Assembly (NCBI GenBank): GCA_000092065.1 | Contig: CP000594.1 | Source: Ostreococcus lucimarinus | Lineage: Eukaryota | Length of the DNA stretch: 64,000 bases | Strand: one strand, 5' to 3' | Shown: one piece after another, positions 25,186-37,161 of the stretch | Position numbering within the stretch: the first letter of the stretch is position 1 | Layout: the number at the start of each line of letters is the position of its first letter | Notes under the pieces: model-generated | Told to the model about the DNA's origin: nothing | Databases searched by the model: none | Seen by the model: the letters and a program-made list of their open reading frames with translations, nothing else | Made by a program: the position numbers and the translations under genes

Positions 25186-28143
25186 ATGGACTTCGTCGCG
25201 CGCGCGCGGGCGAGGGAGACGCCGCGCGGAGGAGGACAGGAGGCGACGACGTCGGCGACGTCGGGAAGGGAGATTTTGCTGCGCGAGGCGAGGGACGCGA
25301 GAGACGCGCGGCGGTGGGCGCGCGAGCGCGCGAGCGCGGCGGTGCGGTGTCAACGCGCGCGTCGGAGGCACGTGGCGCGACGGGAGGCGACGCGGCGGGA
25401 GATCGAGGCGTTGGACGCGGTGATTGAGAGAATGGCGAGGGAGGCGAACGCGAACGCGAACGCGAACGCGAAGGCGACCGTCGCGTTTTTCGACGTCGCG
25501 ATCGCGATCTTGCGCAGGAGGGGAAGTTTTAAGGAAATGGGACTCGAACGTGCGTTCCGAGCGTACGCGCTGGCGCTGAAGTGGGTGGAGGGATTGCGAA
25601 TGGGATACGACGCCGGGACGCTCGAGGCGCTCGCGACGAACGCGTTGGCGACGGCGAGCGACGAAGACGCGAGGGCGCGTTTACCGGCACTCGTGGCGTG
25701 TGCGGTGAAATTCGCGTGCGGATTGTGTGATGCGGATGAAAATTTGGCGGCGCGCGTGCACGGTGCGGTGTGTGAGGCGTTGACGGTGGTGTTGGAGGCG
25801 GACGGGTTCGAGCATCGCGCCGTCGTGGCGCGAGCGCTCGCGCCGTCGGCGTTTGCGCCGTTGACGAGCGGTGGTGACGACGCGTCGTTCAGCGCGCTCG
25901 CTGTGCGTTTGCTCGGCATACCGCAGTTGCGAACAAATCTACCTGCCGATGCCGTGCGCATTCTGGAAGAGCCGAAAACGTTGACGCGCGTGCTCCGCGC
26001 GTGTTCGGCGAGACGCAATCGAGGCGCCGAGTGCGCGATTGAAAACGTTCTCGCGTTGATGTGCAAAGGCAGTAAGGGAGGCGAAAACGTTCGAGCTTTC
26101 GCGGAAGCGGATGATGATAACAGTGTCACGGCATTGCGCGCGCTCGCAGAGTTGTCCGCGAGCGCGCGAGCGCAATCAGCGAATTGGCACAGTCGACTGT
26201 CAAGCGAAAGTCGATTTCGAGCGAGCGCGACGAACGCGATGAGCGAGACGTGGTTTTTGGCGAGCTTAGTCGGCGGAAACGACGGGTGCATCGCATCGCC
26301 CGATAAAGCAGCCGAAGTGGCGTCGCTTTACGCCGAGTTGTCGCGCGCGAATAAAGATGGAGTGTATTCGGCGTGCGCTTTTTCACCTGGCTACTTGCAC
26401 TCGCTGTGGAACCATCTCGCGCGAGCGTTGTCGCTGCCAAGCAAAGTCTCAGACTCTGATCGTGCGTCGTGGGTCGCCTCGACGTTCGCGCACCGAGGCA
26501 TATTAGATTTATCACACTCCGAGCTGGAGAGATTTGGTTATTTCTGCTCGGCGTACACGTACCTTCTCGTCGTTTTGCGAGACAAGCAATTCTTTGAAGA
26601 GCAAAAGCCGTTCTCGCTGGACGAGCAGCGAGCCATAGCGGTGGCTGTGAACACTTTGATTGTTCGCTCGCATGCGTCGAATCAAGTACACTTAATCACA
26701 GAAGATATGAAGCGGTCTATAAATGCCGCGAGTGAGTTACTTCACGCGCTCACCACGCGCGATGCGCGACGCGCCTTTGCGCCGAAGGAATTGTGGCTTG
26801 CGCCGAATTCCATGGAGCTCGAGCCAGCAGTCGCCGCGTCGGCTTTGCAATCACAAATCGACGGCGGCGCGCCGACACAAATCACGGGTTTGCTGAACGA
26901 TTGTCCACATGCTTTGTCCTTCGACGAACGAGTGAAGATATTTCGTGAACTCATCAAGGCCGACAGACTCAAGGCTGGATATAGACCACAAGCCGGCGGT
27001 GCGGACGCGGCGCACGGCGATACATTTGCGCGGCCGGTGGCGCAGGTGACACTGCGACGCGAGAGCGTACTAGAGGATACGCTCACGTCAGTTTTACCTC
27101 TCGGTGCGAAAGCTCGAGGACGCATACTCGTGAAATTCGTCAACGCTGCGGGTCAAGAAGAGGCTGGCATTGACGCCGGAGGTTTATTCAAAGAGCTCCT
27201 CAGTCAAGTCACCGAACAAGGCCTCGACCCGAACCGCGGGTTGTTTCAGTCCAACGCCACTGGACTGATTTATCCGAGCCCTCGCGCAGGAGACACGCAC
27301 GAAGGGATATTGCTTCTTGAGATGATTGGAATGATGATCGGAAAGGGAATGTACGAAGGTATTTTGCAGGACATAAACATGGCACCATTCTTCGCGGCGC
27401 ACGTTTTGGGAACAGCGCGAACGATTGACGACATTCCCAGCCTTGATGAAGATCTGGCGCGATCGATCGTACAAATATTAGAATATGAAGGTGATGTCGC
27501 CGATCTGTGTTTAGACTTCACTTGCAGCGAAGAGATTTATGGCGAGCTTGTGACCAGAGAACTCGTCGCCGGCGGGAGAGACGTTGAAGTGACGGCGGCG
27601 AACAAATTATTCTACGTCTTCTCACTAGCAGATTACCACTTGAATCGACGCATTGCGACGCCAATGCTCGCTTTCATGCGAGGTCTAACGAAAATCATCA
27701 ATCAACGCTGGCTCAGGCTGTTCAATGTGACAGAGTTGAGTCTACTTCTCAGCGGCGGTGAATCCGCGATAGACGTCGACGATTGGGAGCTCCACACAAG
27801 ATACTCGGGTGGATATTCGTCCTCGAGCGCGACGGTGCGCAACTTTTGGCGCGTGATGCGAAAATTTACCCCAAAACAGCGCCAAGACGTCTTAAAATTC
27901 GTTACGTCGTCACCAAGACCACCGCTCCAAGGATTCAAGCACCTCAATCCGCCCTTTGTCATTCACAAAGTTCGCTGTGAGGCTTCGATGTTCGCCTACT
28001 TCGGCGCTACCGACGTGCGTCGCCTTCCCAGCGCCAGCACGTGTTTCAATATGCTCAAGCTTCCAAATTACCGCCGCGCGTCGACGCTGGAAAAATCCGT
28101 GTCGTACGCCTCGCAATCTCGAGCCGGTTTCGAGCTTAGTTAA
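25186..28143 (+). CDS. HECT-domain E3 ubiquitin ligase
   Basis: C-terminal HECT lobe with the catalytic Cys context (LPSASTCFNMLKLPNYRRASTLEKSVSYASQSRAGFELS). 985 aa. Confidence 0.8.
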   Translation: MDFVARARARETPRGGGQEATTSATSGREILLREARDARDARRWARERASAAVRCQRARRRHVARREATRREIEALDAVIERMAREANANANANAKATVAFFDVAIAILRRRGSFKEMGLERAFRAYALALKWVEGLRMGYDAGTLEALATNALATASDEDARARLPALVACAVKFACGLCDADENLAARVHGAVCEALTVVLEADGFEHRAVVARALAPSAFAPLTSGGDDASFSALAVRLLGIPQLRTNLPADAVRILEEPKTLTRVLRACSARRNRGAECAIENVLALMCKGSKGGENVRAFAEADDDNSVTALRALAELSASARAQSANWHSRLSSESRFRASATNAMSETWFLASLVGGNDGCIASPDKAAEVASLYAELSRANKDGVYSACAFSPGYLHSLWNHLARALSLPSKVSDSDRASWVASTFAHRGILDLSHSELERFGYFCSAYTYLLVVLRDKQFFEEQKPFSLDEQRAIAVAVNTLIVRSHASNQVHLITEDMKRSINAASELLHALTTRDARRAFAPKELWLAPNSMELEPAVAASALQSQIDGGAPTQITGLLNDCPHALSFDERVKIFRELIKADRLKAGYRPQAGGADAAHGDTFARPVAQVTLRRESVLEDTLTSVLPLGAKARGRILVKFVNAAGQEEAGIDAGGLFKELLSQVTEQGLDPNRGLFQSNATGLIYPSPRAGDTHEGILLLEMIGMMIGKGMYEGILQDINMAPFFAAHVLGTARTIDDIPSLDEDLARSIVQILEYEGDVADLCLDFTCSEEIYGELVTRELVAGGRDVEVTAANKLFYVFSLADYHLNRRIATPMLAFMRGLTKIINQRWLRLFNVTELSLLLSGGESAIDVDDWELHTRYSGGYSSSSATVRNFWRVMRKFTPKQRQDVLKFVTSSPRPPLQGFKHLNPPFVIHKVRCEASMFAYFGATDVRRLPSASTCFNMLKLPNYRRASTLEKSVSYASQSRAGFELS

Positions 28144-28205
28144 ACGTAGCCGCTTGTAGCAAGCTCGAGCGCACGAGCCAAACCACACACATCGCCGCTC
28201 GCGCG

Positions 28206-28535
28206 ATGCCCAAACGCCGCGGTAAATCCGGTCGTAAACACGACGGTCCGACGCTCCCCGGCGTGCTGTTCCGCCAGCTCGACGGTTTCGACGACGGCGG
28301 CACCGACGGTGTCCCGACCAAAAAGCGCACCGACCCGAAACTCGACCGAAAGGCGCGCCGAAACGCCGCCAAGGCGGAAGCGGCGAAGAAACGCCAGGCG
28401 AGCGCGAAGTGGAAGGCTGACGGCGCGGCGCGGCGCCGAGAATCGCGGCAGACGAGCGACGACAAACGCACGGTGGCGACGAACGCGCACGCCGGCGGCG
28501 GCTCGAAGATTTCCGTCGACGACGACGATGGACGC

Positions 28536-28572
<37 letters not shown>

Positions 28573-30617
28573 AAAGAGATAGAGCTGAAAAGAAACGTGC
28601 GGTCAATACGTCGGAGGCCGCGGTGAAGCGGGTCAAGACGGTGAAGGAGTCGAAGACGACCATGCGCGCTTCGATGCGAGAGGCGTATGAGCGGGACGAG
28701 GCGAACGCGAGACGGTTGGAGAAGAAGCTGAAGGGAAGGAAAGGACCGGACGATGGGTTGGATTCTTTGTTCGAGGGATTGCCCGGTATGGACTTTTTGG
28801 AGGAGGAATACGGCGAGGATGATGAAGAGGCAGAGGGGAGCGAAGACGATGAAGAGGGCGAGGACGACGAGAGCGATGAGAGCGATGAGAGCGATGACGA
28901 AGAGGAAGAAGAGAGCGGAGACGAAGATTTGGGCGACGAGGACGCTGAAAACGAGATACAAGGGCATGAAACAAAAATGTCTGATCCGACGGCGAACACG
29001 GGGAAGTATATACCGCCGGCACAACGTGCATTGATGGCGGCCGCCGCGGGGAAATCGCCCGGCTTTGAGCAGTGCGCGAGGCAAATCAGAGGTTTGATGA
29101 ATAGAATGGGCGAGGCGAACGTGGCCGGCATCGTCAACGATGTCTCAGATTTAGCGCAAAAGTATCCTCGCTTGGAAGTGTGCGACGCAGCGACGAAAGA
29201 AATCATGGTTGCCCTCACCGAGGGGCCTCGCGCGAGCGACCAATACTCCGCCGCCATCGCGGGCTTCGTCGCCGGCATTGCGGGCTCCATCGGGCCTGAA
29301 GCTGGCGCGCGCTTCGGCTCGGCCATTTGCGTAAGATTAGAACAAGAGCAAATGGATGGAAAGGCGAGATCATGTAGCAACATAGTGAACGTTCTCGCGA
29401 GATTGTACACGTGCGGGCTGTTTCCGTCGGCGTGTTGTTACGGTTTTCTAGTCACCTTGGCCAAGAGTTTGAGTGAGCTCGACTCTACGCTCATGCTCAC
29501 CTTGCTTCGCATCGCAGGGAACCGCTTGCGTTCAGAAGATCCAGTGGGGATGAAAGAGTTCATCTTGGCTTTGCAAGCACGCGTGGCTGAGTTACAGAAG
29601 GAGCGCGGCGACGGCGAAGACGGCGGCCAACTCTCAAAGCGCGCACGCTTGATGCTCGAGATGGTCATCGATTTGAAAAACAACAAGAAGCGAGACAGCG
29701 CACAAGATGTCGGTAAAGATCAGTGGGGCTTCCCTGTCGCGCTCAGCAAGTGGTTGCGGGGGACAAACGTGGGCGAGGCTACCGTGGCGCTTCGCGCATT
29801 GACGTACGAAAAGCTCATCAAAACTGAGAGTCAGAAAGGCCAGTGGTGGTTACCCGACGCCGCAGGAACTGCAGAGTGGTTCGCGGCGCGTGCAGCGCAA
29901 GGTGCGATCACCGAACAAGCTGGGAAGACACGCGAGGGTGGTGAGTTGCTTCAACTTGCGAAGAAGATGCGAATGAACACAGAAACGCGTCGAGCCATTT
30001 TTTGCGTCGTCATGGGCGCAGATGATTTTGCCGATGCTCTCGAGCGTTTACTGCGCTTACCACTCGCTGACAAGCAAGATCGTGAAATTCCTCGCGTTCT
30101 GCTCGAGTGCTGTCTTCAAGAAAAGGCGTACAATCCGTACTACGAGGTTCTCGCCAGCAAATTGTGCGAGCGTCAGCGCTCGCATCGGCTGACGTTTCAG
30201 CTCTGCATTTGGGATCAGCTCAAAGAGATCGACGATCCGTCATCTTCGGTCAGACGCATATCGAACATGGCGCGATTTTTTGCCGGATTGGTGCTTTCAG
30301 GTGCGCTCGCACCGACTGCGCTCAAGGCTTTGGAATTCGGCGTCGACATCGCGCCGCGCGTCGCGCTCCATCACAAGCTCTTCCTCCAAACTGTCCTAGA
30401 CGATCGCTCGCGAACGTCTGCCGCAGATAGCCTCTTCCAAAGGATTGCTGTCCACCCAGAACTCATGTCCGCCAAGGCTGGCTTCTTACGACTTCTTCGT
30501 GATCCTGCGTCGCTGGCCGCCGTCGCCGTCGGCGGCTCGAGCGATCCTAAAGCCGCCGCCAAGCGGCTCGCTGCGCGCGCCGGTGCGGCGCGCAACCTCC
30601 TCGGTGGCGTCTCGTGA
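28206..30617 (+). CDS. Nucleolar MIF4G/MA3 domain protein (NOM1/Sgd1-like)
   Basis: Basic N-terminus, acidic DE/poly-T stretch, central MIF4G-like and C-terminal MA3-like helical repeats. Confidence 0.55.
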
Positions 30618-30764
30618 TGATAGCACTATTTAGTAATTCACATTCCTAGCGAAATATACACATCCTCGGCGAATGCATCGGCACCGAAGTCGTCCGAATC
30701 CGTCGCGACGGCGCGACTTCGATGCTAACCCTCGTCGCTCGACCACTCTGGCGCTCGCGCGACG

Positions 30765-31772
30765 ATGTCGTCGTCGTCCGTCGCGACTCGATGCGCGCGC
30801 CTCGCACGAGCGATGGTCACGCCGCTCATCGAACGCCCCGCGCGCGCGCTATCGTCCTCGTGCGCGCACGCCGACGCGGCGGCGCGCGACGTCGCGACGA
30901 TCGCCGGCGGCTCGACCGCGAGTTCGACCGCGAATCCAGCGCGCGCACGACGCGAACGCGCGAGCGGCGCGCGCGCGAGCGCGACTGGGATGTTTGTGCG
31001 CGAGTACGCGGCGCGTGGGCGGACGTTCGCGTCGACGTCGGGGTCGGGAGACGAGGGCGAAGGCGCCGAAGGCGACGCGAGTGAAGCCGCCGCGAGCGAA
31101 AGCGTGACGGAGGAGAAAACGATGACCACGGAGAGCGCTGAGGATGGTGGGTGGGTGTTCGGGATAAAAAACCAGCGAAGACCGACCAGGAGGGATAAAG
31201 GGTCGTACGATGGATTCTTGACGGAGATGGATTCGTATCCCACGCGTCACGACGTTCGGGACGTGTACAACGCTCGAGAGTGGGTGGAGGCGAGTCTGGA
31301 AGAGAGCTGCGCGCGAGCGGAGGAACTCATCGATAAGATGATGCGTGGTGTGAGAGAGGGCGAAGAGTTGGCGGCGAAGTACGCCGATGTGTTCCCGAAG
31401 ACGCTCGGTGAAGAAGTCGATCCGGAAGCGGTGTTGACGTGGACGAGCGAATTCATCATGGAGCCGGGAGACGAGCAGGAGCACCCGCTCAACTGGAAGG
31501 TTTCGATGGAAGTGAACCTGAGCGAGTTACAGCGCGTCACTGGTTTAAGCGATGAGGCTATCGAGTACATCAAGCTGTTGGTGGACAAGAGGTACAACGC
31601 GAAGCAAGACGTATTGCGGATTGTGTGCCGAAGAAACGCCAATCGCGAGCACAACAGACAGTGGTGCTTAAAGGTGCTGTACGATTTAATTCAAGAAGGC
31701 AATAGAGAGTACCCTAGCGACTCTTATCAGTTTACTGGGAATTTAGGAGGCGACAACGCGGGCGAGGCGTAA
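30765..31772 (+). CDS. Hypothetical protein with mitochondrial-presequence-like N-terminus
   Basis: 335-aa ORF with GC-rich codon usage; no confident family call. Confidence 0.4.
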   Translation: MSSSSVATRCARLARAMVTPLIERPARALSSSCAHADAAARDVATIAGGSTASSTANPARARRERASGARASATGMFVREYAARGRTFASTSGSGDEGEGAEGDASEAAASESVTEEKTMTTESAEDGGWVFGIKNQRRPTRRDKGSYDGFLTEMDSYPTRHDVRDVYNAREWVEASLEESCARAEELIDKMMRGVREGEELAAKYADVFPKTLGEEVDPEAVLTWTSEFIMEPGDEQEHPLNWKVSMEVNLSELQRVTGLSDEAIEYIKLLVDKRYNAKQDVLRIVCRRNANREHNRQWCLKVLYDLIQEGNREYPSDSYQFTGNLGGDNAGEA

Positions 31773-31891
31773 ACTCACTTTTATTAATATCATCGGAGCG
31801 CCGATTTTAGAAAATAATTCTTGGTTTGTTTTATTGACACCGTACACTTGTTCGCGATCTACCCGACCAGCGAATGAATGAATGGAAGCGT

Positions 31892-32786
31892 TTACTTCTT
31901 CGATTCATCCGCATACTTGCCCTTCATGACCCCGTACAAGCCCGCACCGACGATGGCGATGGCGGAACCGACCAGCGTTTGCGTGGAAATCTTGTTTCCG
32001 AATGCGAGAATGCTGAAACCGATGACGAAGATGCGCTTACCAACGTTACCGACGGCGTGAGTCACCGGAGCAACCTTGCCGAGCGCTTGGTAGGCGACTT
32101 GGTTGTACATGTGGTAGTAGAAACCAACAGAGGCGAGCGCCATGAGGAATTCCGTTTTACCCTTGACGGCGATGGCTTTGCTGATGCCCGCCGAGAGCGT
32201 CGGGCCTTCAAAGTAGACGGCGAACGGCAAGCAGAAGAGCAAGGCGACGATGGTGACCCAGTTGTACAGGTTAAGCGGAGACATCTTGCTCATGAGCTTC
32301 TTGCTGAAGATGGCGCGCGCAGAGAACGCGATGTTGGAGCTCATGGCCGTCAAGAAGCCCAACCACGTGAAGGAAAGCTCGGTGGCGCTCGCGATGGCGA
32401 CGCCGGCGATGACGGGAAGCAAGGACAAGTACACCGGAAGCGGGTACACGGTACCTGCGACCAAGTACGAGCCAATGGACGTGAACACCGGTTCGAGCGT
32501 CTTAACGGTGTGCGTGAACGACACCGCCACCGCCGCGAACGAGACATTTGTCAAGCAGTGCCCGAACGCGTGCAAAAACGCCGGCAACGACAGCGCCTTC
32601 AAAAACTCCTTGTCGGGTTGTTCGTACTCGACCAACTTGGTACCCCAAGAAGAACGCCATGATGAACAACCCGACGATCAAGTGCACGCAAGACACGAAC
32701 CACGGGTACGGGAAGTAGTTGTAGATCGTCTTGTTGATGATGTTAAACTGCACGTTTAAAAAGTACCACGCCGCGAAGTAAAACAC
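31892..32786 (-). CDS. Triose-phosphate/phosphate translocator (TPT/DMT) family transporter, interrupted by an apparent 1-nt frameshift near 32620-32650
   Basis: ORFs 32502..32786 ([39 protein letters not shown]...) and 31892..32635 (...[28 protein letters not shown]...[28 protein letters not shown]) align collinearly with plant TPT. No room for an intron. Confidence 0.7.
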
Positions 32787-33665
32787 GGTTTCGAGCTGCG
32801 GGTACTTTTCCTTGATCTCCGCCAGCGGTCCACTGTTCGCTCGAACGACGCGCGATTCGATCCGTCAGTCTTAGTCTTCGTCTCGCGTCCACCTCCCGTC
32901 GCCACCTTCCATCGCGTCGAAACACCCGATCGTTCCGGCGCGCGCGCGCGACCGCCCCCTGGAAAAACCTAACGCAGGCCCCGCGGTCGAGGGCGATCCT
33001 GGACACCCGATTCTCGACCCCCCCCCCGCGTCCCACGCGCGCGCGGGCGCGCGTCCGCGCGCGCCGCGCGCGCCGTTTCGCGCGCGACGCCTCCGTCGCC
33101 CCCCCCGTTCGCGCTCGAATCCACCGTCCCGTCCCGCCCTCGCCGCGCGCGCGCGTCAACTCAAACCATCCGACGCGACGAAAGCGGTTGCCGTCGCGCC
33201 ATCGCCTCCGCGCGCCTCGCGCCTCGCGCGCGCGCTCGTTCGACGCACCTCGCGCTCGCGGCGGTCGTGATAATATCCCCACGTTTTTTCCCATCGCGCG
33301 TCGCGCGCGTCGCGCGTCGCGCGAGCGTCGCCGACGTCGCGAGCGCGACGCGCGAAACCTCGCGCGCGCGCGTCGCGCGCGGCGTCGCGAGCGCGCGCGG
33401 CGTCGCGCGCGGCGCGCGGCGCGTCGCCGGGCGCGCCGCGATCGCGGGGCGCGTCGTCGCGACGGTCGCCACGGTCGCCACGGTCATCATCGCGCGCGTG
33501 TCGTCGAGCGGTCGCGCGCGGCGTCGTCTGCCGCGCAATGCGACGCGCGAGGGTCGTTGCGCGTCGAAAAAAAAGCGCGCGCGAACTGTTTGCCCATAGC
33601 GGCGCTTTTTTTTCGTTCCGTGTTTACGCGCAGTCTCGTTTTTCGTACCGGTCGCGACCGGATGG

Positions 33666-33844
33666 ATGGATGGATGGCGACGCGCGACGGTTGGCGACGC
33701 GCGACGGATGGCGACGCGCGTTTGCTCGACGACGACGACGACGACCGCGCGGACGCCGTCGACGACGTCGTTCGTCGTCGCGCGGCGTCTGAGGGCGCGA
33801 CGACACCGGGGACGGGTTCGCGCGACGGCGGCGACGAAGGATGA

Positions 33845-33878
<34 letters not shown>

Positions 33879-35012
33879 ACGGCGACGGCGCGCAAGCGTC
33901 GGTACGTCAACGTGACGGGATTCCCGTTCCCGCTCACGCCGGTGCTGCGAAGGAAGACGACGATGGAGACGATCGTTCCGGGACGGGTGTGGGCGCTGGA
34001 GCAAGAGCAAGGGATCGGATTCGGGCTGGGGGTGACGACGAACGTGCGGATGACGGTGGTGAGAATGCGCGACGGCGCGCTGTGGGTGCACGACCCGATC
34101 GCGCCGACGGAGGAGTGCGTGGAGTTGTTGGCGAAGATCGGGGGAGAGGTGAAGTATTGCTGCTTGTCGACGACGCAGTACGAACATAAAATATTCGCGC
34201 CGGCGTTCACGCGCGCGTTTCCAAAGTGCGAGCTGTGGATCGCGCCGGGGCAGTTTTCGTTTCCTCTGCCGCTGCCGAACGCGTTTTTGGGATTGTTTCC
34301 GAAAGGTACGCTCGGTGACTCGCGTAATCCGCCGCCGTGGAGCGATGAGATCGAAAGCGAGCTTTTGTATCTACCGCCGTTGTTTTGGCACAATTACACG
34401 TACTGCGAGTGCGCGTTTTATCATAAAGATACGTCGTCGCTTTTAGTCACCGACGCGGCGGTGTACGTGGGAGAGAACGCGCCAGGAATCATCCCAGAGG
34501 ATGACTTGGAGAGTCTGGGGAGCGACGACTGCTTCACCATTCGTTTGCTGAAACTGGGGAATTATCGCGGCGGACGAAACATCGCGTCGCCTCAAATTCC
34601 GGCGAGTCAGCGCGAAGCGCGCGTGTCGAACGGATGGATGCGCATGGCGCTGTTTTCGTTGTTCATCGCCCCGGACGCGAAGAATATCTTAAACCCCGAA
34701 CGGAGCTTTCGCGGCATGGCGGGGAAATTCGTCGTGTCCCCGATCGTATTCAACGTCGTGTTTCAATTTTACCGCGAGGAAGTCGCGGCGTGGGCCGAAA
34801 AAGTCAGTCGCTGGAACGCAGAGCGCGTGATCGCCTCGCACTTCCCCGTTCCGGAGTCCGCCAGCAGTGCTGACTTTTTGCGAGCCTTTGATTTCGCAAA
34901 GTCACCGGACGCGATTCCTGCGGAATACGTCGATGCGGAAAACGACCTCGCGTCCTTGAATCTCGTCGTTCGCATCTTGGCCGCCATCAACGCGGTGCCG
35001 CGCATAGAATGA
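33666..35012 (+). CDS. DUF4336-like conserved protein (plant/cyanobacterial family), start uncertain
   Basis: Long conserved core (VRMTVVRMRDGALWVHDPIAPTEECVELLAKIGGEVKYCCLSTTQYEHKIFAPAFTRAFPKCELWIAPGQFSFPLP...). The N-terminal part has a poly-T/poly-D low-complexity region. Confidence 0.45.
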
Positions 35013-35054
35013 AGAATATTTGTAAATTACACAATAGAGCATAGGTAGCATCAT

Positions 35055-37040
35055 TTACTCCCAGGACTCGTCGTCATCGTCTTCAGCCGCGGTGGTCGTG
35101 AGTGCGCCGTGATTTTTGTTCCATTCTTCATGGAATTCAACGTCTGCTCTCGTCACAGAAGGGCGCACTTGCTTAGCGGCGCGGCGAATGTCGGCCAATA
35201 CGATGGGTCTGAGAGTACTTGGCGAGAGCGGACCTTGAACGTCCTTTGTCTTTTGAAACGTCTCACGAACGGGCGCTCTCGCGGCTTCTTGGATGAGATG
35301 TTTCATGTCAGATCCCGAGTAGCCGTCAGTTTTCTCGCAAATTAAATCCAAGTCGGCATCGGTGAGGTTGTGCGCGACGCCTTTGCCAGAGCTGAGCGTA
35401 CGAAGAACCATGTCCCGCCTCGCGGCGGCGCACGGAAGAGGGATGTACAGCTGCTTAGGCATGCGCCGTCGAGCGCCATCATCGAGCTCTTGCGGCCTAT
35501 TCGTCGCTCCGATGAGCAACAATCTGTCGTTCTCACCGCCGCCTAAACCGTCCATTTGTACTAAAAATTCCGTCTTCATGCGACGCGAGCTCTCGTGCTC
35601 GCCGTCCGATTTACGAGCGGAGAGCAATGAATCGATCTCGTCCACGAAAATCACGGCGGGAGATAGGTGACGAGCGACGGCGAAGAGCGCACGAACCATT
35701 TTTTCGCCTTCACCAATCCACTTACTCGTCAAACTCGAGGCAGAGATCGAGAAGAACGTCGCGCCGCACTGACTCGCAACGGCGCGACCGATCAAAGTCT
35801 TACCAGTACCGGGCGGACCAAAGAGGAGCAAGCCTTTTGGCACAGCACGTGCGCCTACGAACAATTCTGGATTCATCATCGGCCACACCGCGAGCTCTTG
35901 TACCGCCGCTTTCGGGTGCTCCAAGCCCGCGATGCTGTCCCAATCCACGCTCTCGTGCTTGTCCAAAATCTCGCTCACCACTCGTTCGATGATTTCTCTA
36001 TCAATCTTAAGGATATCCTCCGCGATCGCTTCGCCGTTAGGGGATAGCTTTTGCATCACGGCTTCACTGAAAGGCTGCGCGTCGTCTTCGTTGCTCTCAT
36101 TCTGATTCGGCTTCACTCGCTGCCCATTCCCGTTCCCGCCGCCGTACGGAGGCACAAAGCCGCCCCGCCCGTACGTTCGAGTCGTTCCATTCGCTTCCCT
36201 CGCCGTGCGATACTGTGCTGTCGCCGGAGGTAAGCCTTTCGCCGCGTGCTCTAAATCCAATCTCTCTCCAGCGCTCATGAATCGTGTCGGTGGCTTATTC
36301 GCCGCGTCGCCCTCTCCTTTTCCCGACCACCTCGACGCCGGCTCGCCACCCTTTCTATTTCTCTTATTTTTCGGACTCTTTCTCGGACTCGTCTTTCTGT
36401 CCTTAAGTCCCGGTCGTTCGAACTGTTTCTGTCGCTTCGGCGCGCCGCCGCCGATCCCGATCCCCCCATCGCGCGCCGCCGGCGCCGGCGCCGCTCGCCG
36501 CGGTTCCAAGTATCGATTTAAATCCGCGTCGCCCAAAATTTCCATCTCGTCGTCGTCCTCCAACGTCACGATCGGCGGTGGCGGCACCCCCCAAGCGCTC
36601 GTCGTCTTTTTCGCCAGCATCGCATCGACCGCCTCGTAATTCGGCCGCTTGACGACTGTCTCATCCTTCCCTCCCGTCGTCGTCGTCGCCGTTCCCCTCG
36701 TCACCCGTTCCTCTCGCGCCGAATCCGACCCCTCATCGCTCGATTTTATCTCCGCCCCGTCCTTCGTTTCGACCTCACCCTGCCGCGCGTGCATCTCCCG
36801 TCGCACGTCTTCCATCTGCGCCGTGATTTTCGCCAGAACGGGCGCGATCATCTTCGCATCCGCGCTCGACGCCCGCATCGATGGTTGCAACAGCTCGCGC
36901 TGGGAGATTAACAATTCGAGCGCCTTGGTGTGGTTTCCGTCGCGTCGCGCGTCCGCGATGTCCTTGCGCATGGCGCCTAAACGCGCTAAGATCGCGGCGC
37001 CGTCGCCCATGGCGCGTCGGCGCGACGCGACGCGGCTCAA
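35055..37040 (-). CDS. Meiotic-clade AAA ATPase (katanin p60/fidgetin/spastin-like) with N-terminal MIT-like region
   Basis: Walker A LLFGPPGTGKTLIGRAVA, Walker B IFVDEIDSL, second region of homology, C-terminal GYSGSDMKHLIQEAARAPVRE. Confidence 0.8.
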   Translation of the reverse strand: MSRVASRRRAMGDGAAILARLGAMRKDIADARRDGNHTKALELLISQRELLQPSMRASSADAKMIAPVLAKITAQMEDVRREMHARQGEVETKDGAEIKSSDEGSDSAREERVTRGTATTTTGGKDETVVKRPNYEAVDAMLAKKTTSAWGVPPPPIVTLEDDDEMEILGDADLNRYLEPRRAAPAPAARDGGIGIGGGAPKRQKQFERPGLKDRKTSPRKSPKNKRNRKGGEPASRWSGKGEGDAANKPPTRFMSAGERLDLEHAAKGLPPATAQYRTAREANGTTRTYGRGGFVPPYGGGNGNGQRVKPNQNESNEDDAQPFSEAVMQKLSPNGEAIAEDILKIDREIIERVVSEILDKHESVDWDSIAGLEHPKAAVQELAVWPMMNPELFVGARAVPKGLLLFGPPGTGKTLIGRAVASQCGATFFSISASSLTSKWIGEGEKMVRALFAVARHLSPAVIFVDEIDSLLSARKSDGEHESSRRMKTEFLVQMDGLGGGENDRLLLIGATNRPQELDDGARRRMPKQLYIPLPCAAARRDMVLRTLSSGKGVAHNLTDADLDLICEKTDGYSGSDMKHLIQEAARAPVRETFQKTKDVQGPLSPSTLRPIVLADIRRAAKQVRPSVTRADVEFHEEWNKNHGALTTTAAEDDDDESWE

Positions 37041-37161
37041 AGTGACGATCAGCGCGGGCGCGGTGCTCGGTTTGGTTGTTTGAAATCGACGCGCGGCGGA
37101 GAGAATCGCGATGGATATTACGAAGTGAAGACGCTCGACGAGCGCGATCGCGCGAGCGCGA

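Noticed and set aside
24133-25371. Long Arg/Ala-rich ORFs on both strands of the GC-rich region (e.g. 24133..25371 -, 33161..34393 -, 38078..38899 -, 56363..57667 -, 60580..61749 +, 56716..57450 +)
   Set aside because: Extremely biased R/A/G composition, no motifs, overlap or antisense to well-supported genes or promoters. They are the expected consequence of ~70% GC with few stop codons.
33655-33730. GGATGGATGGATGG and GATGGCGACGCGCGACG tandem repeats as a satellite or ncRNA
   Set aside because: Short (3 units) and degenerate. It lies in the promoter/5' region of the DUF4336 gene and is best treated as a simple low-complexity repeat.
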